Shown: positions 13,805 to 27,759 of the stretch, in pieces
How the letters are laid out: every line of letters begins with the position of its first letter
How positions within the stretch are numbered: position 1 is the stretch's first letter
Assembly: GCA_964016885.1 (NCBI GenBank)
Contig: OZ024741.1
Span: 92,628,001-92,692,000, forward strand
Direction of reading: 5' to 3'
Length of the DNA: 64,000 nucleotides
Origin: Eledone cirrhosa
Lineage: Eukaryota
Notes under the pieces: generated by a model
What the model saw: the letters and a program-made list of their open reading frames with translations, nothing else
Databases searched by the model: none
Told to the model about the DNA's origin: nothing
Translations under genes and position numbers: made by a program

Positions 13805-14435
13805 TGGCTATGATTATAAAAAGGAAGATGGCTATGATTATGACAGGTAAATTAGCTATGGTTATAGAAAGTAAGTTAGCTATGATTAATAAAAGTAAGC
13901 TAGCTATGATTATGAAAAGTAAGCTGGCTATAATTATGAAAAGTAAGCTAGCTATGATTATGAAAAGTAAGCTAGCTATGATTATGAAAAGTAAGCTGGC
14001 TATGATTATGAAAAATAAGCTATGATTATGAAAAGTAAGCTATGATTATGAAAAATAAGATAGCTATGATTATGAAAAGTAAGCTGGCTATGATTATGAA
14101 AAGTAAGCTGGCTATAATTATGAAAAGTAAGCTAGCTATGATTATGAAAAGTAAGCTGGCTATAATTATGAAAAGTAAGCTAGCTATGATTATGAAAAGT
14201 AAGCGAGCTATGATTATGAAAAGTAAGCTAGCTATGATTATGAAAAGTAAGCTAGCTATGATTATGAAAAGTAAGCTGGCTATGATTATGAAAAATAAGC
14301 TATGATTATGAAAAGTAAGCTATGATTATGAAAAATAAGATAGCTATGATTATAAAAAGTAAGCTGGCTATGATTATGAAAAATAAGCTGGCTATAATTA
14401 TGAAAATTAAAATAGCTATGATTATGAAAAATAAA
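13805..14435. repeat. 24-bp minisatellite (AAGCTAGCTATGATTATGAAAAGT)n with 20-bp variants
   Basis: About 26 units; a 280-bp higher-order duplication is visible (14001 vs 14281). Confidence 0.95.
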
Positions 14436-14818
14436 AATATAACAATATTTACTGTCAGACTATTTATTCTTTATCTACAGATCTATTCTGTATGTATATC
14501 AATATTTCTCCAGCTATATAATCAATGCTGTACACAAAAATGCAATATTAAACATTTACAGACTCTTGGTTCATGCAGTACTTTGTATGCAAAACAATTT
14601 TATTTTTTATTTTTAAATTAAATTCTATTAAATAAACAGAAAACAATACATTAGAGATATGAATATCAATTTAAAAAAAACATTAATTAAACAAAATAAA
14701 TAAATAAAAATAAAGGAACACATAAATAAAATAAAGGGCAACAACAATCAGAATATAACTAAGCACATGACTTGAGGAAAACTGGGAAAAATATTAACTG
14801 CAGACTATATCAATGTAC

Positions 14819-15030
14819 CTGCGAAATTTAAGTGCTATTTGATCCCAGTTCTGTTCTATGAGAGTTTCATGGTTGTCCTGCACAGAATTCAGAGAAGCCA
14901 CAGACGTCTCTGTTGTGTGAGGACTGAGAGCAGAGCGGAGAGGTAATGAAATACCTTCAGAAGATGAAAGAGCCATCAGATCTTCAAAGATAAGTTCTTC
15001 ACAGCCTGGATGCTTTTCAAGACTATTTTG
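14819..15030 (-). CDS. KIAA0825: KIAA0825-like protein, coding exon 3
   Basis: Acceptor cttttgcag|CAA, 212 bp, reads QNSLEKHPGCEE...SLNSVQDNHETLIEQNWDQIALKFR, donor AG|GTACAT. Resembles, from recall, vertebrate KIAA0825 SLHSVEDN...WDDIRLHLRRF. Confidence 0.88.
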
Positions 15031-15197
15031 CTGCAAAAGATAAACATTATTATTATGCTTAATATATATCTATATATCATCCTCCTCTTCCTCACCACCA
15101 CCACCACAACCACCATCATCATCACTGTTTAACATCTCTTTTCCATGCTTTTTGTTTGTGGCACTAACAGTAGCCACCTTATAGGGTTGACTGGGTG

Positions 15198-15279
<82 letters not shown>

Positions 15280-15570
15280 TCATCATCATCATTTAACATC
15301 CATATTCCATGCTTGTACAGGTTAGACAGATTGTCACATACTGAGGCTAGACTTGTCCGGTGACATCTTTCTCATATACTCTTTTTGGGGTTTGGTTTCT
15401 ATGGCTGGATGCCCTTCCTAACACCAACCATCTTTACAGCATATACTGAGAGCTTTTTATCTTGTCTCTGGCACAAACATGGCTCCAGCTCTACCACCTT
15501 GCAGGATGCACAGGGTGCTTTTATATACATACGCACATGTGTGTGTGTGTGTGTAAAAAGCACCTTCATG

Positions 15571-15601
<31 letters not shown>

Positions 15602-15756
15602 ATCATCATTGGTTTTTACATGGATTTTTCCGTACTGGCATGAGATGGAGATGTCTTTTTGAGGCAATGTTTTACAGCCGGAGGAATACAATTGAACTAG
15701 TCAAAATCAGAGGCACAAAACATGTGATAAAATAAAGAAGAAAGAATATTACTTAC

Positions 15757-15928
15757 GACATGTTGCAAAATTTTTATGATATCATCCATATCTAGGTCAT
15801 AGCAGGAACTCTTCTCTAAAACATGAGAGTTTATCATGTACTTGAGAGAATCTTGAGGAGAATTCAGACATTTTGTACCAGGGAGTTTGTTTGTGTAGGT
15901 AATTACAGCTTGTAAGCACTCATCAAGT
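15757..15928 (-). CDS. KIAA0825: KIAA0825-like protein, coding exon 2
   Basis: Acceptor tcttgtag|A, 172 bp, reads LDECLQAVITYTNKLPG...DDIIKILQHV, donor GTC|GTAAGT; phases 2 then 0 fit both neighbours. Confidence 0.85.
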
Positions 15929-16899
15929 CTACAAGACAGATAAACATACACTTGAAGAAATTCAGATTCTTAAGTGAAAATTAAGAAATTTATATTAAAA
16001 AAAAAATACAGAAAAAATATTGAATGGCAGTGCCCCAGCATGGTCGTAGCCCTTGAACTGAAGCGGCTAAGAAAGTAAAAGTAAAAGTGTACTTATTTAG
16101 CTGGAATGGTTTTTACAGATGAATGAATTTCCTAGCAAAACCTACTTAAAGGTGAATTTTAAGTGGTATTTATTATTCAATGAAACTAAGGCGAGCAATG
16201 CTACATCACTGACAGATAGAGTTTCGTAATCTGAATACAAGTAAGGAAAAAATTTCAATCAACTGTGACAGTCCTCACAATTTCATGACCAAAATTCCCT
16301 TTCAGAGTGTTGAGGTAATAAAAAGGAACCATGGACAGAACTTGTATAACCTAAGCTGATCCAAGTCACAGATCTAGGTACCTAGGTACACAACATTATT
16401 GACTTAACCATGTTCACACCAAACCACCTGAGACAGCACCTGTTTCTATGAAACAAAACCAATCATTTTAAAGAGTTCCTGTTTAAATTAAAATCTTCCA
16501 ATATAATTTAAGAACAATATGTTAAGTTACTATCTTAGTAATGAATAAATTATAATTGAAATAGAGTGTATTTCATTATAAATATAATGAAAGGGTTAAC
16601 TCTGTTGACACCAACCCATGAGGTTGCCACTAACTCTTTGATGTTAACTTCCTGTATTAAACTGTTCATGTCTAAATTAAAACCTTTATGTTCCAAACAG
16701 CAACTTAATAATAAAAAGATGAGTTATTTTACCATGAATTTTCAGAATTAAAACATGCATTATATTTCATAAGAAATATGATCAGTAGTTGACCACTACT
16801 TTTTCTTGCAGTTTTATAATTGAGACAGTTAAGAACACTATTTTGGGTTTGTGTTACAACACTTTAGTATGTCACCACTAATTTCTAAGTGTCATGAAA

Positions 16900-17123
16900 T
16901 TAACCCTTTTGATACCAAACTACCTGAAATTGCCCCTGGTTCTTACAAAACTTAGCTGTTTATTTTAAAGTGTTTACGTATATTTATGAAAAAAACATTG
17001 CACCATAATTCTATGTTCAAAACAACAACTTGATGTTATTTATTCCAAATTCTTGACCATTTTCAAAATTAACAAAATTACAACCATAGGTAGTGTCTTT
17101 TATTAGAAATATGGTAGCAAAAG
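16900..17123. mobile_element. TTAA-flanked MITE family (piggyBac-like ends), representative copy
   Basis: Ends TTAACCCTTTTGATACCA ... TGGTAGCAAAAG. Related copies near 3303-3744 (dimer), 7850-8032, 11990-12244, 16410-16780, 45465-45681, 45793-45962, 48397-48530, 58280-58650, 62430-62600. Confidence 0.6.
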
Positions 17124-17428
17124 AAAGAAAGAAAAACAGCCAGATAGAAAGAATGGTTACATTGTTGATAGAATTACTGGCCTTTAAAGGTCACATGTTG
17201 AGTAAAAATGGTTAAAAACAGCAACTTGAAAAAAAAGAGAAAGAAAGAAAAAAGCCAAGTCCAGCAGTGAGATTTACATAACAAGGCTACAGACTAACAT
17301 TTCTTGAAACCTAACAACACTTGCAACATTGGTGGTTTCATCCCATAAATGGTTTGAAATATCTGCAGAGAATCATTCTCCTCCTCATTAGCATCACCAC
17401 CAACAACATCAGCAGCATTACAACCAAT

Positions 17429-17703
17429 ATGTGTGTGTGTAGGTGTCTGTGTGTGTGTGTGTGTGTGTCTGTGTGTGCCTGTATGTGTGTGTGTGTCTCT
17501 GCCTGTGTGTGTGTGTGTGTGCCTGTGCCTGTTTGTGCCTGTGTGTGTGTGTGCTGGTGTGTGTGCTTGTGTGTGTGCTTGTGTGTGTGCGTGTGTGTGT
17601 CTGTGTGTGTGTCTGTGTGTGTGTCTGTGTGTGTGTCTGTGTGTGTGTCTGTGTGTGTGTCTGTGTCTGTGTCTGTGTCTGTGTGTGTGTGTGTCTGTGT
17701 GTG
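17429..17703. repeat. Compound (TG)n/(TGTC)n microsatellite
   Basis: Directly visible. Confidence 0.95.
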
Positions 17704-18320
17704 TATCAGTTCCCATATGTATCACAATTTTAAGTGAATAACAGATTGGCACCAAGATAGACCTCAATGTCCTGTCTAACCCATGCCAATATTAAAAATA
17801 AATCATAAAACTGACAATATATCATCATCACCATTTAACATTATATATATCACGTCTAACCCATGCTTGCGTGGAAGAAAGATGTTAAACGATGATGATG
17901 ATATATATATATATATGTATATATATAAGTAGGTCCCAAGTTGAGTCAGGGGTAACCACAGAAAATAAGGTACTCAATACATGTGTAGAGTGAAGACAGG
18001 AGTTTATATAGAAAAGGCTTCTACAGGACTAGTACTATTTTGTTCGTATGAAATCACTAGGAATGCTATGATTACTTCATATGGATGAAACAGTACTAGT
18101 CCTGTAGAAGCGTTTTCTATATAAACTCATATATATAGACATATATATACATAAATATATACATACATATATATACATATATACATACATATATATACAT
18201 ATATATATATACATACATATATATACATATATATATATACATATATACATACATACATATATATATATATATACATACATACATACATATATATATATAT
18301 ATACATACATACATACATAC

Positions 18321-18639
<319 letters not shown>

Positions 18640-18856
18640 ATATATATATATACATACATACATATATATATATACATACATATATATATATACATATATA
18701 TACATATATATATACATATACATATATATATACATATACATATATATATACATATATATACACATATATATACATACATATATATATATATACATATATA
18801 TACATATATACATATGTATACATATATATATACATATATATACATACATATATATA

Positions 18857-18895
<39 letters not shown>

Positions 18896-18899
18896 TTAC

Positions 18900-18937
<38 letters not shown>

Positions 18938-19121
18938 ACATATATATATATACATATATATATATACATATATATATATACATATATATATATACATATA
19001 TATATATACATATATATATACATATATATATATACATATATATATATACATATATATATACATATATATATATACATATATATATACATATATATATATA
19101 CATATATATATACATATATAT

Positions 19122-20296
19122 ATCATCATCAACATCATCACCGTTTTACGTCCGTTCTTCCACGCTAGCATGGGTTAGACGGGTTGTCCTGTTCTGTGCA
19201 GTGTCTGGTCGGCTGACCATGCCTTGCTCATACAGGAACTGATCTGGCTTGATTTCTACAGCTGGATGCCCTTCCTAACACCAACCTCATTTACAGTGAG
19301 TGCTGGGTGCTTTTTCGTGGCGCCTACACGTCCACTTTACAGTGTGGGCTGGGTGCTTTTTGCCGTGGCACCTCCACGACCACCTTGCGGTGGGGGGTGT
19401 GGGGGCATATTGTTTATATGCTTCAGCATGTACCCATGGGAGGTCGGGTACTCTGTATTATTGCGTGACGCCAGAAGTCACGGTCGTGTGTCATTGTCTT
19501 TGAGAGGTGTAATTGGGTAAGGTCGGCTTTTATCACCTCATCCCAGGTCATCTTGGGTCTCCCCACTCCGCGGTTTCCATCAACTTCTAGTGCTCTGCAC
19601 CTTTTTATGCAGCTGTCATCCTTCATACGCATCACATGTCCATACCAGCGCAACCGCCTCTCCTGCACACAGCATTTGATTCCTCTTATGCTCAGTCTCT
19701 CTCTCAATTCATTTATGCTTTGTCGTTCACGTATATTACTGTTACACATCCATCGGAGCATGCAGGCTTCGTTTCTCTCTAATCTACGTAAGTCTTTCAC
19801 CTTCAGCGCCCAGGTTTCACTACCATGCAACATCGCTGTTCGGATACACGCATCATACAGTCTGCCTTTCATTCTGAGGGAGAAGCCTTTTGCAGCTAGC
19901 AGTGGTAGTAGTTCCCTAAACTTCTTCCATCCCGTTCTTACCCTAGTTATTGTACTTTCTGAACACCCACATCCGTTGCTAATTCGGTCACCTAGGTAGC
20001 AGAAGCTGTCTACTGTTTCTACAGGGCCCTCCCAGAGATTGGTGGTACTTGTTTCCTGTGGCTGTTTGCTGCTTGCTGTTTCAGCACAGCTGCTGCATGT
20101 GAATCCTACATTCTTAATTAAGCTTCCAGAGATCCCGCTACATCTCTTGTGTACCCATTGTTTGCATTTGGGGCAGAGAATGGAGTTCCTACCTACACCT
20201 TTCCTACATACTGAGCAAGGCCATTTCCCTGAGGGGATCTGGGTTCTGTTTTCTCGTCTACTTACAAGGACCTTAGTCTTTGTCATGTTGACAATG
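19122..20296 (-). mobile_element. 5'-truncated RTE LINE (family B, different 3' UTR)
   Basis: Open frame [10 protein letters not shown]...KWPCSVC...FCYLG...LRWYGHV...[10 protein letters not shown]; (CAT)n tail on the plus strand at 19122-19140; both ends in (AT)n. Confidence 0.93.
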
Positions 20297-20328
<32 letters not shown>

Positions 20329-20417
20329 CATATATATATACATATATATATACATATATATATACATATATATATACATATATATATACAGATACATACA
20401 TATATATATATATATAA

Positions 20418-20465
<48 letters not shown>

Positions 20466-20475
20466 ATATATACAT

Positions 20476-21311
20476 GGGTTCTCCCTAAAAATGAAAGGCA
20501 AGTTGTATGATGCCTGCATACGAACAGCAATGTTGCATGGCAGTGAGACCTGGGCATTGTGTGCAGAGGATATACGCAGACTAGAGAGGAACGAAGCTTG
20601 CATGCTCCGCTGGATGTGTAACAGTAATATACGTGAACGGCAAAGCATAAACAAACTAAGGAAAAAATTAGAAATAAGAGGGATCAGATGTTGTTTACTC
20701 GAGAGAAGGCTACGTTGGTATGGACACGTGATGCGCATGAAAGGCGATAGCTGTATAACAAAGTGCAGGGCAATAAAGATAGACGGTAGCCACGGAATAG
20801 GCAGACCTAGAAAAACCTGGGACGAGCTGATAAACTCCGACCTCACACACTTACACCTCTCCAAGACAATGTCACTGGACCGAGACCTTTGGCGGTACTC
20901 AGTAACAGAGAAGACCCGCCTTACCTAAATACATAGTAAAACCTACTACAGCCAGTAGGCATCTCTAACAAAATACACCCCGTCCCACCACCCGCACCCC
21001 ATCCACACCACCCCGTTCTATGTAAAGTTATGTTGGTGCCGCGCCATCCAGGCCGAAACAAATGAGATCGTGTAGGTGTCACGACAAAAAAACACACAGT
21101 CCACGCTGTAATGTGGCCGTGTAGGCAACACGGTAAAAACCTCCCAGACCCACACTGTAAATGTGGATGGTGTTAGGAAGGGCATCCAACTGTAGAAAAC
21201 CTGCCAGACAGTCCTATGCGAGCAAGACAATCACTCTTGCCTCAAGTGGGAATACCACTGTCCAAACCCATGCAAGCGTGGAACACGGACGTTAAACGTT
21301 GATGATGATGA
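20476..21311 (+). mobile_element. 5'-truncated RTE LINE (family A)
   Basis: [26 protein letters not shown]...EKTRLT followed by the 3' UTR and GAT tail; bounded by (AT)n tracts. Confidence 0.93.
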
Positions 21312-21312
21312 C

Positions 21313-21343
<31 letters not shown>

Positions 21344-21380
21344 CATACATATACATATATATATATATATATATACATAC

Positions 21381-21415
<35 letters not shown>

Positions 21416-21442
21416 CATACATATACATATATATATATATAT

Positions 21443-21983
<541 letters not shown>

Positions 21984-22000
21984 CATATATATATATATAT

Positions 22001-22051
<51 letters not shown>

Positions 22052-22057
<6 letters not shown>

Positions 22058-23705
22058 AGCCATGTATAAAGAAACAGTCAGTAAGGTTAGAATTAACAAC
22101 GAATATAGTGAAGAGTTTAGCGTAAAAGTTGGTGTCCATCAGGGCTCTGTTCTTAGCCTCCTACTATTTATTATTGCCCTTCAGGCTATAACAGAGGAGT
22201 TCAAGACCGGCTGCCCATGGGAACTCCTATACGCAGATGATCTAACGCTCATAGCTGAATCAATGACCGAACTAGAGAAGAAATTCCAAACATGGAAGCA
22301 CGGCCTAGAATCAAAAGGCCTTAAAATTAACCTGGCTAAGACTAAAGTTCTAGTTTGTAGGAAAGAAAATAGGGCGGCGGTCCCTTCCGGGAAATGGCCA
22401 TGCTCAGTGTGTAGGAAAGGCGTAGGTAGAAACTCCATTTTATGTCCCCAATGCAAAGTATGGGTGCATAAAAGATGTAGTGGGATCACAGGTAAGCTAA
22501 CTAAGAACATAGATTTTACATGTGGCCGGTGCTCTGGTGCAATAAGTAGCAGCAAGTGCCCACTAAATACTAGCTCTTTCAATTGCGCAGAGGGTTCTAT
22601 AGAAATAGTGGACAGCTTCCGTTACCTGGGTGACAAAATCAGCAGTGGGGGAGGGTGCTCTGAAAGTACAGTAGCTAGAGTCAGAACTGGATGGAAAAAG
22701 TTCAGAGAGCTTATACCACTATTAGCCGCTAGAGGGTTCTCCCTAAAAATGAAAGGCAGGTTATACGATGCCTGCATACGAACAGCAATGCTGCATGGCA
22801 GTGAGACCTGAGCATTGTGTGCAGAGGATATATGCAGACTAGAGAGGAATGAAGCTTGCATGCTCCGCTGGATGTGCAATAGTAATATACGTGAACAGCT
22901 AAGCATAAACGAACTAAGGAAAAAATTAGAAATAAGAGGGATCAGATGTTGTTTACTCGAGAGAAGGCTACATTGGTACGGTCACGTGATGCGCATGAAA
23001 GACGACAGCTGTATAACAAAGTGCAGGGCAATAAAGATAGACGGTAGCAACGGGGTAGGCAGACCCAGAAAAACCTGGGACGACATGATAAATTCCGACC
23101 TCACACGCTTACACCTCTCCAAGACAATGTCACTAGACCGAGACCTTTGGCGGTACTCAGTAATAGAGAAGACCCGCCTTACCTAAATACAAAGTAAAAA
23201 CCTACTACAGTCAGTAGGCATCTCTATCAAAACACCCCCCCGTCAAAATACACCCCGTCCCACCACCTCCACCCCATCCACACCGCCCCTTTCAATGTAA
23301 AGTTATGTTGGTCCCACAACATCCAGGCCGAAACAAATGAGATTGTGTAGGTGTCACGACAAAAAAACACACAGTCCACGCTGTAAATTTGGCCGTGTAG
23401 GCAACACGGTAAAAACCTCCCAGCCCCACACTGTAAATGTGGTTGGTGTTAGGAAGGGCATCCAGCTGTAGAAAACCCGCCAGACAGTCCACGTTGTAAT
23501 GTGGCCGTGTAGGCAACACGGTAAAAACCTCCCAGCCCCACACTGTAAATGTGGTTGGTGTTAGGAAGGGAATCCAGCTGTAGAAAACCCGCCAGACAGT
23601 CCTATGCGAGCAAGACAACCACTCTTGCCTCAAGTGGGAAAATCCCCGTCCAAACCCATGCAAGCGTGGAACACGGATGCTAAACCTAATGATGATGATG
23701 ATGAT
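22052..23705 (+). mobile_element. 5'-truncated RTE LINE (family A) with a tandem duplication in the 3' UTR
   Basis: ORFs 22062..22811 and 22815..23186 are separated by one TGG>TGA stop; LLYADDL present; (AT)n on both sides. Confidence 0.95.
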
Positions 23706-24034
23706 ACATACATATATATATATACATACATACATATATATATATACATACATATATATATATATATACATACATATATATATATATATATACATATATA
23801 TACATATATATACATATATATACATATATATACATATATATATACATATATACATACATATATATATATACATATACATACATATATATATATATACATA
23901 CATATATATATATATACATACATATATATATACATACATATATATATACATACATATATATATATATACATACATATATATATATACATACATATATATA
24001 TATATACATACATATATATATATATACATACATA

Positions 24035-24113
<79 letters not shown>

Positions 24114-24433
24114 ATACATACATATATATATATATACATACATATATATACATATATATATACATACATATATATATATATATATACATATATACATACA
24201 TATACATACATATATATACATACATATACATACATATATATATATATACATACATATACATACATATATATATATACGTACATATATATATATATACATA
24301 TATATACATATATATGTATATACATATATATACATATATAATATATACATATATATACATATATATATACATATATACATATATATACATATATATATAC
24401 ATATATACATATATATACATATATATATATATA

Positions 24434-24690
24434 CATTGCTGTAGTGGAGTCTGTGCTGCTGTATGGGTCTGAGACTTGGACACTGACCAAGAAACTCACT
24501 CAGATGGTGGATGGGTGCTACATGGACACACTAGAAGAGGAAGACCAAGGTTAACGTATGTTGATGCCCTAAGGACAGACACTGGTCTGTTGGAGATGCA
24601 GGACATGGCAGCGATAATGAGGGACAGAGACCGCTGGATAGAACTCGTCCATGGATCTCGGGAATTTTACCCGCCTTAGATAGATAGATA
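24434..24690 (+). mobile_element. Internally deleted 3' fragment of a third RTE family with a (TAGA)n tail
   Basis: [20 protein letters not shown], then [11 protein letters not shown]...DRDRW; stop followed by TAGATAGATAGATA; embedded in AT-rich tracts. Confidence 0.75.
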
Positions 24691-24737
24691 CATATATATA
24701 CATATATATATATATATATACATATATATACATATAC

Positions 24738-24796
<59 letters not shown>

Positions 24797-25337
24797 CATA
24801 TATATACATATATATACATATATATACATATATACATATATATACATATATATACATATACATATATATACATATACATATATATACATATATATATATA
24901 TACAAATATATACATATATATACATATACATATATATACATATATATACATATACATATATATACATATATATACATATATATACATATATATATATACA
25001 TATATATACATATATATACATATATATATACATATATATACATATATATATACATATATATACATATATATACATATATATATATACATATATATATATA
25101 CATATACATATATATATATACATATATATACATATATATATATACATATATATATATACATATATATACATATATATATATACATATATATATATACATA
25201 TATATACATATATATATATATACATATATATATATACACATATATATATATTTATATATATACATATATATATACATAGTTGATACATATATATATACAC
25301 AGTTGAAAATTGCAAACTCGACTGTCACCACATATTA

Positions 25338-25376
25338 TGAACCTGAAGATTGCGAAAGCATGAAAGTACTTGTTCA
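25338..25376 (+). ncRNA. Minimal type I hammerhead ribozyme, U-U variant at the base of stem II
   Basis: TGAAC CTGAAGA T TGC-gaaa-GCA T GAAA GTAC T T GTTCA. 5-bp stem I, GNRA-capped stem II, palindromic stem III (AAGTACTT), CUU triplet. Confidence 0.7.
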
Positions 25377-25674
25377 ATTAACACTTAGAATTTAATATTC
25401 TATCATACGATTTCATTATAACATCATTATAATACCATTATATATTTTAAACAATTAAGTTAAAAATGTACATCTACATATGCATACTGAAATACTAGTG
25501 TGCATATGAATACACACACGTATACATATGTAGGTGTAACAAGTCTTTCACTGGTTGCTTTACTGTGAGCAACCCAGCTATTCTGTATGTAAACACACAG
25601 ACAAACCGGTTTTTAGAGTCATACTGGTTTTCGAGGGAACATCTTCCCTCTATTCTCCAGAAAGCCAGACAAGG

Positions 25675-25719
25675 AATATTGAACTAGTTTCGTTGTTGTT
25701 ACAACTCATCAGCAATATT
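25675..25719 (-). ncRNA. Minimal type I hammerhead ribozyme, canonical core
   Basis: Minus strand: AATATTG CTGATGA GTTGT-aaca-ACAAC GAAA CTAG T T CAATATT. 7-bp stem I, 5-bp stem II, palindromic stem III (AACTAGTT), GUU cleavage triplet. Confidence 0.8.
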
Positions 25720-25964
25720 TACCTATCTACCGGCCCTTCTGGAGAATTGTAAAAGCACATATCGTTATATGCTTTTTCTATGAAAATTAGTAGTGGGCAG
25801 ACTAATTTGCATAGAGTGTGAGTACGCACCGGTTCAGCGGAGACGATAAAAACAAATAACGAAACGAAATTAAATTTTGTTTCGTTTGTAACTCACTTTT
25901 GTATGACTGACGCTTAAACAATTAAGTTAAAAATGTACATCTACATATGCATACTGAAATACTA

Positions 25965-27290
25965 GACCTGACACTCATAGCTGAATCAATGACCGAACTA
26001 GAGAAGAAATTCCAAATATGGAAGCACGGCCTAGAATCAAAAGGCCTTAAAATTAACCTGGCTAAGACTAAAGTTCTAGTTTGTAGGAAAGAAAATAGGG
26101 CGGCGGTCCCTTCCGGGAAATGGCCATGCTCAGTCTGTAGGAAAGGCGTAGGTAGAAACTCCATTTTGTGTCCCAAATGCAAAGTTTGGGTGCATAAAAG
26201 ATGTAGTGGGATCACAGGTAAGCTAACTAAGAACATAGATTTTACATGTGGCCGGTGTTCTGGGGAAATAAGTAGCAGCAAGTGCCCACAAAATACTAGC
26301 TCTTTCAACTGCGCAGAGGGTTCTATAGAAATAGTGGACAGCTTCCGTTACCTGGGTGACAAAATCAGCAGTGGGGGAGGGTGCTCTGAAAGTACAGTAG
26401 CTAGAGTCAGAACTGGATGGAAAAAGTTCAGAGAGCTTATACCACTATTAGCCGCTAAAGGGTTCTCCCTAAAAATGAAAGGCAGGCTGTACGATGCCTG
26501 CATACGAACAGCAATGTTGCATGGCAGTGAGACCTGGGCATTGTGTGCAGAGGATATACGCAGACTAGAGAGAAACGAAGCTTGCATGCTCCGCTGGATG
26601 TGTAATAGTAATATACGTGAACGACAAAGCATAAACGAACTAAGGAAAAAATTAGAAATAAGAGGGATCAGATGTTGTTTACTAGAGAGAAGGCTACGTT
26701 GGTATGGTCACGTGATGCGCATGAAGGACGATAGCTGTATAACAAAGTGCAGGGCAATAAAGATAGACGGTAGCCACGGAATAGGCAGACCCAGAAAAAC
26801 CTGGGACGAGCTGATAAACTCCGACCTCACACACTTACACCTCACCAAGACAATGTCACTGGACCGAGACCTTTGGCGGTACTCAGTAATAGAGAAGACC
26901 CGCCTTACCTAAATACAAAGTAAAACCTACTCCAGTCAGTAGGCATCTCTAACAAAATACACCCCACCCCACCCCATCCACACCGCCCCCTTCTATGTAA
27001 AGTTATGTTGGTGCCACACCATCCAGGCCGAAACAAATGAAATCGTGTAGGTGTCACGACAAAAAAACACACAGTCCACGCTGTAATGTGGCCGTGTAGG
27101 CAACACGGTAAAAACCTCCCAGACCCACACTGTAAATGTGGTTGGTGTTAGGAAGGGCATCCAACTGTAGAAAACCTGCCAGACAGTCCTATGCGAGCAA
27201 GACAATCACTCTTGCCTCAAGTGGGAATACCCCCGTCCAAACCCATGCAAGCGTGGAACACGGACGTTAAACGTTGATGATGATGATGAT
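25965..27290 (+). mobile_element. 5'-truncated young RTE LINE (family A)
   Basis: Uninterrupted ORF from about the YADD motif to the stop (25947..26912 ORF), intact PHD-like finger, 3' UTR and (GAT)n tail running into (AT)n. Confidence 0.95.
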
Positions 27291-27296
27291 ATATAC

Positions 27297-27327
<31 letters not shown>

Positions 27328-27624
27328 CATATATATACATATATATATATATATTCATATATATATATATATATTCATATATATATATATATATTCATAT
27401 ATATATATATATATTCATATATATACATATATATATATATATACATATATATACATATATATATATATATACATATATATACATATATATATATATATAC
27501 ATATATATACATATATATACATATACATATATATACATATACATATATATACATATATATACATATACATATATATACATATACATATATATACATATAT
27601 ATACATATACATATATATACATAT

Positions 27625-27759
27625 ATATTTATTAAATAACAGATTAAAGTTTAAGCAAAGAATCGCTGCTTTCACCCTTAACGGGATCTTCAGAAGATCC
27701 CGTTAAGGGTGAAAGCAGCGATTCTTTGCTTAAACTTTAATCTGTTATTTAATAAATAT
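27625..27759. repeat. Perfect 135-bp palindrome (67-bp arms, 1-nt centre at 27692)
   Basis: ATATTTATTAAATAAC...GGGATCTTC A GAAGATCCC...GTTATTTAATAAATAT. Confidence 0.95.

Noticed and set aside
13723-14621. SKLAMIMK-repeat ORFs and a possible CRISPR-like array
   Set aside because: A 24-bp tandem minisatellite with no unique spacers, no cas genes and a eukaryotic context.
17270-17363. Possible extra minus-strand exon after ctctgcag
   Set aside because: The reading frame required by the flanking phase-2 exons hits TGA; no homology support.
17294-17767. HT-rich and CV-rich ORFs
   Set aside because: Products of the (TG)n microsatellite.
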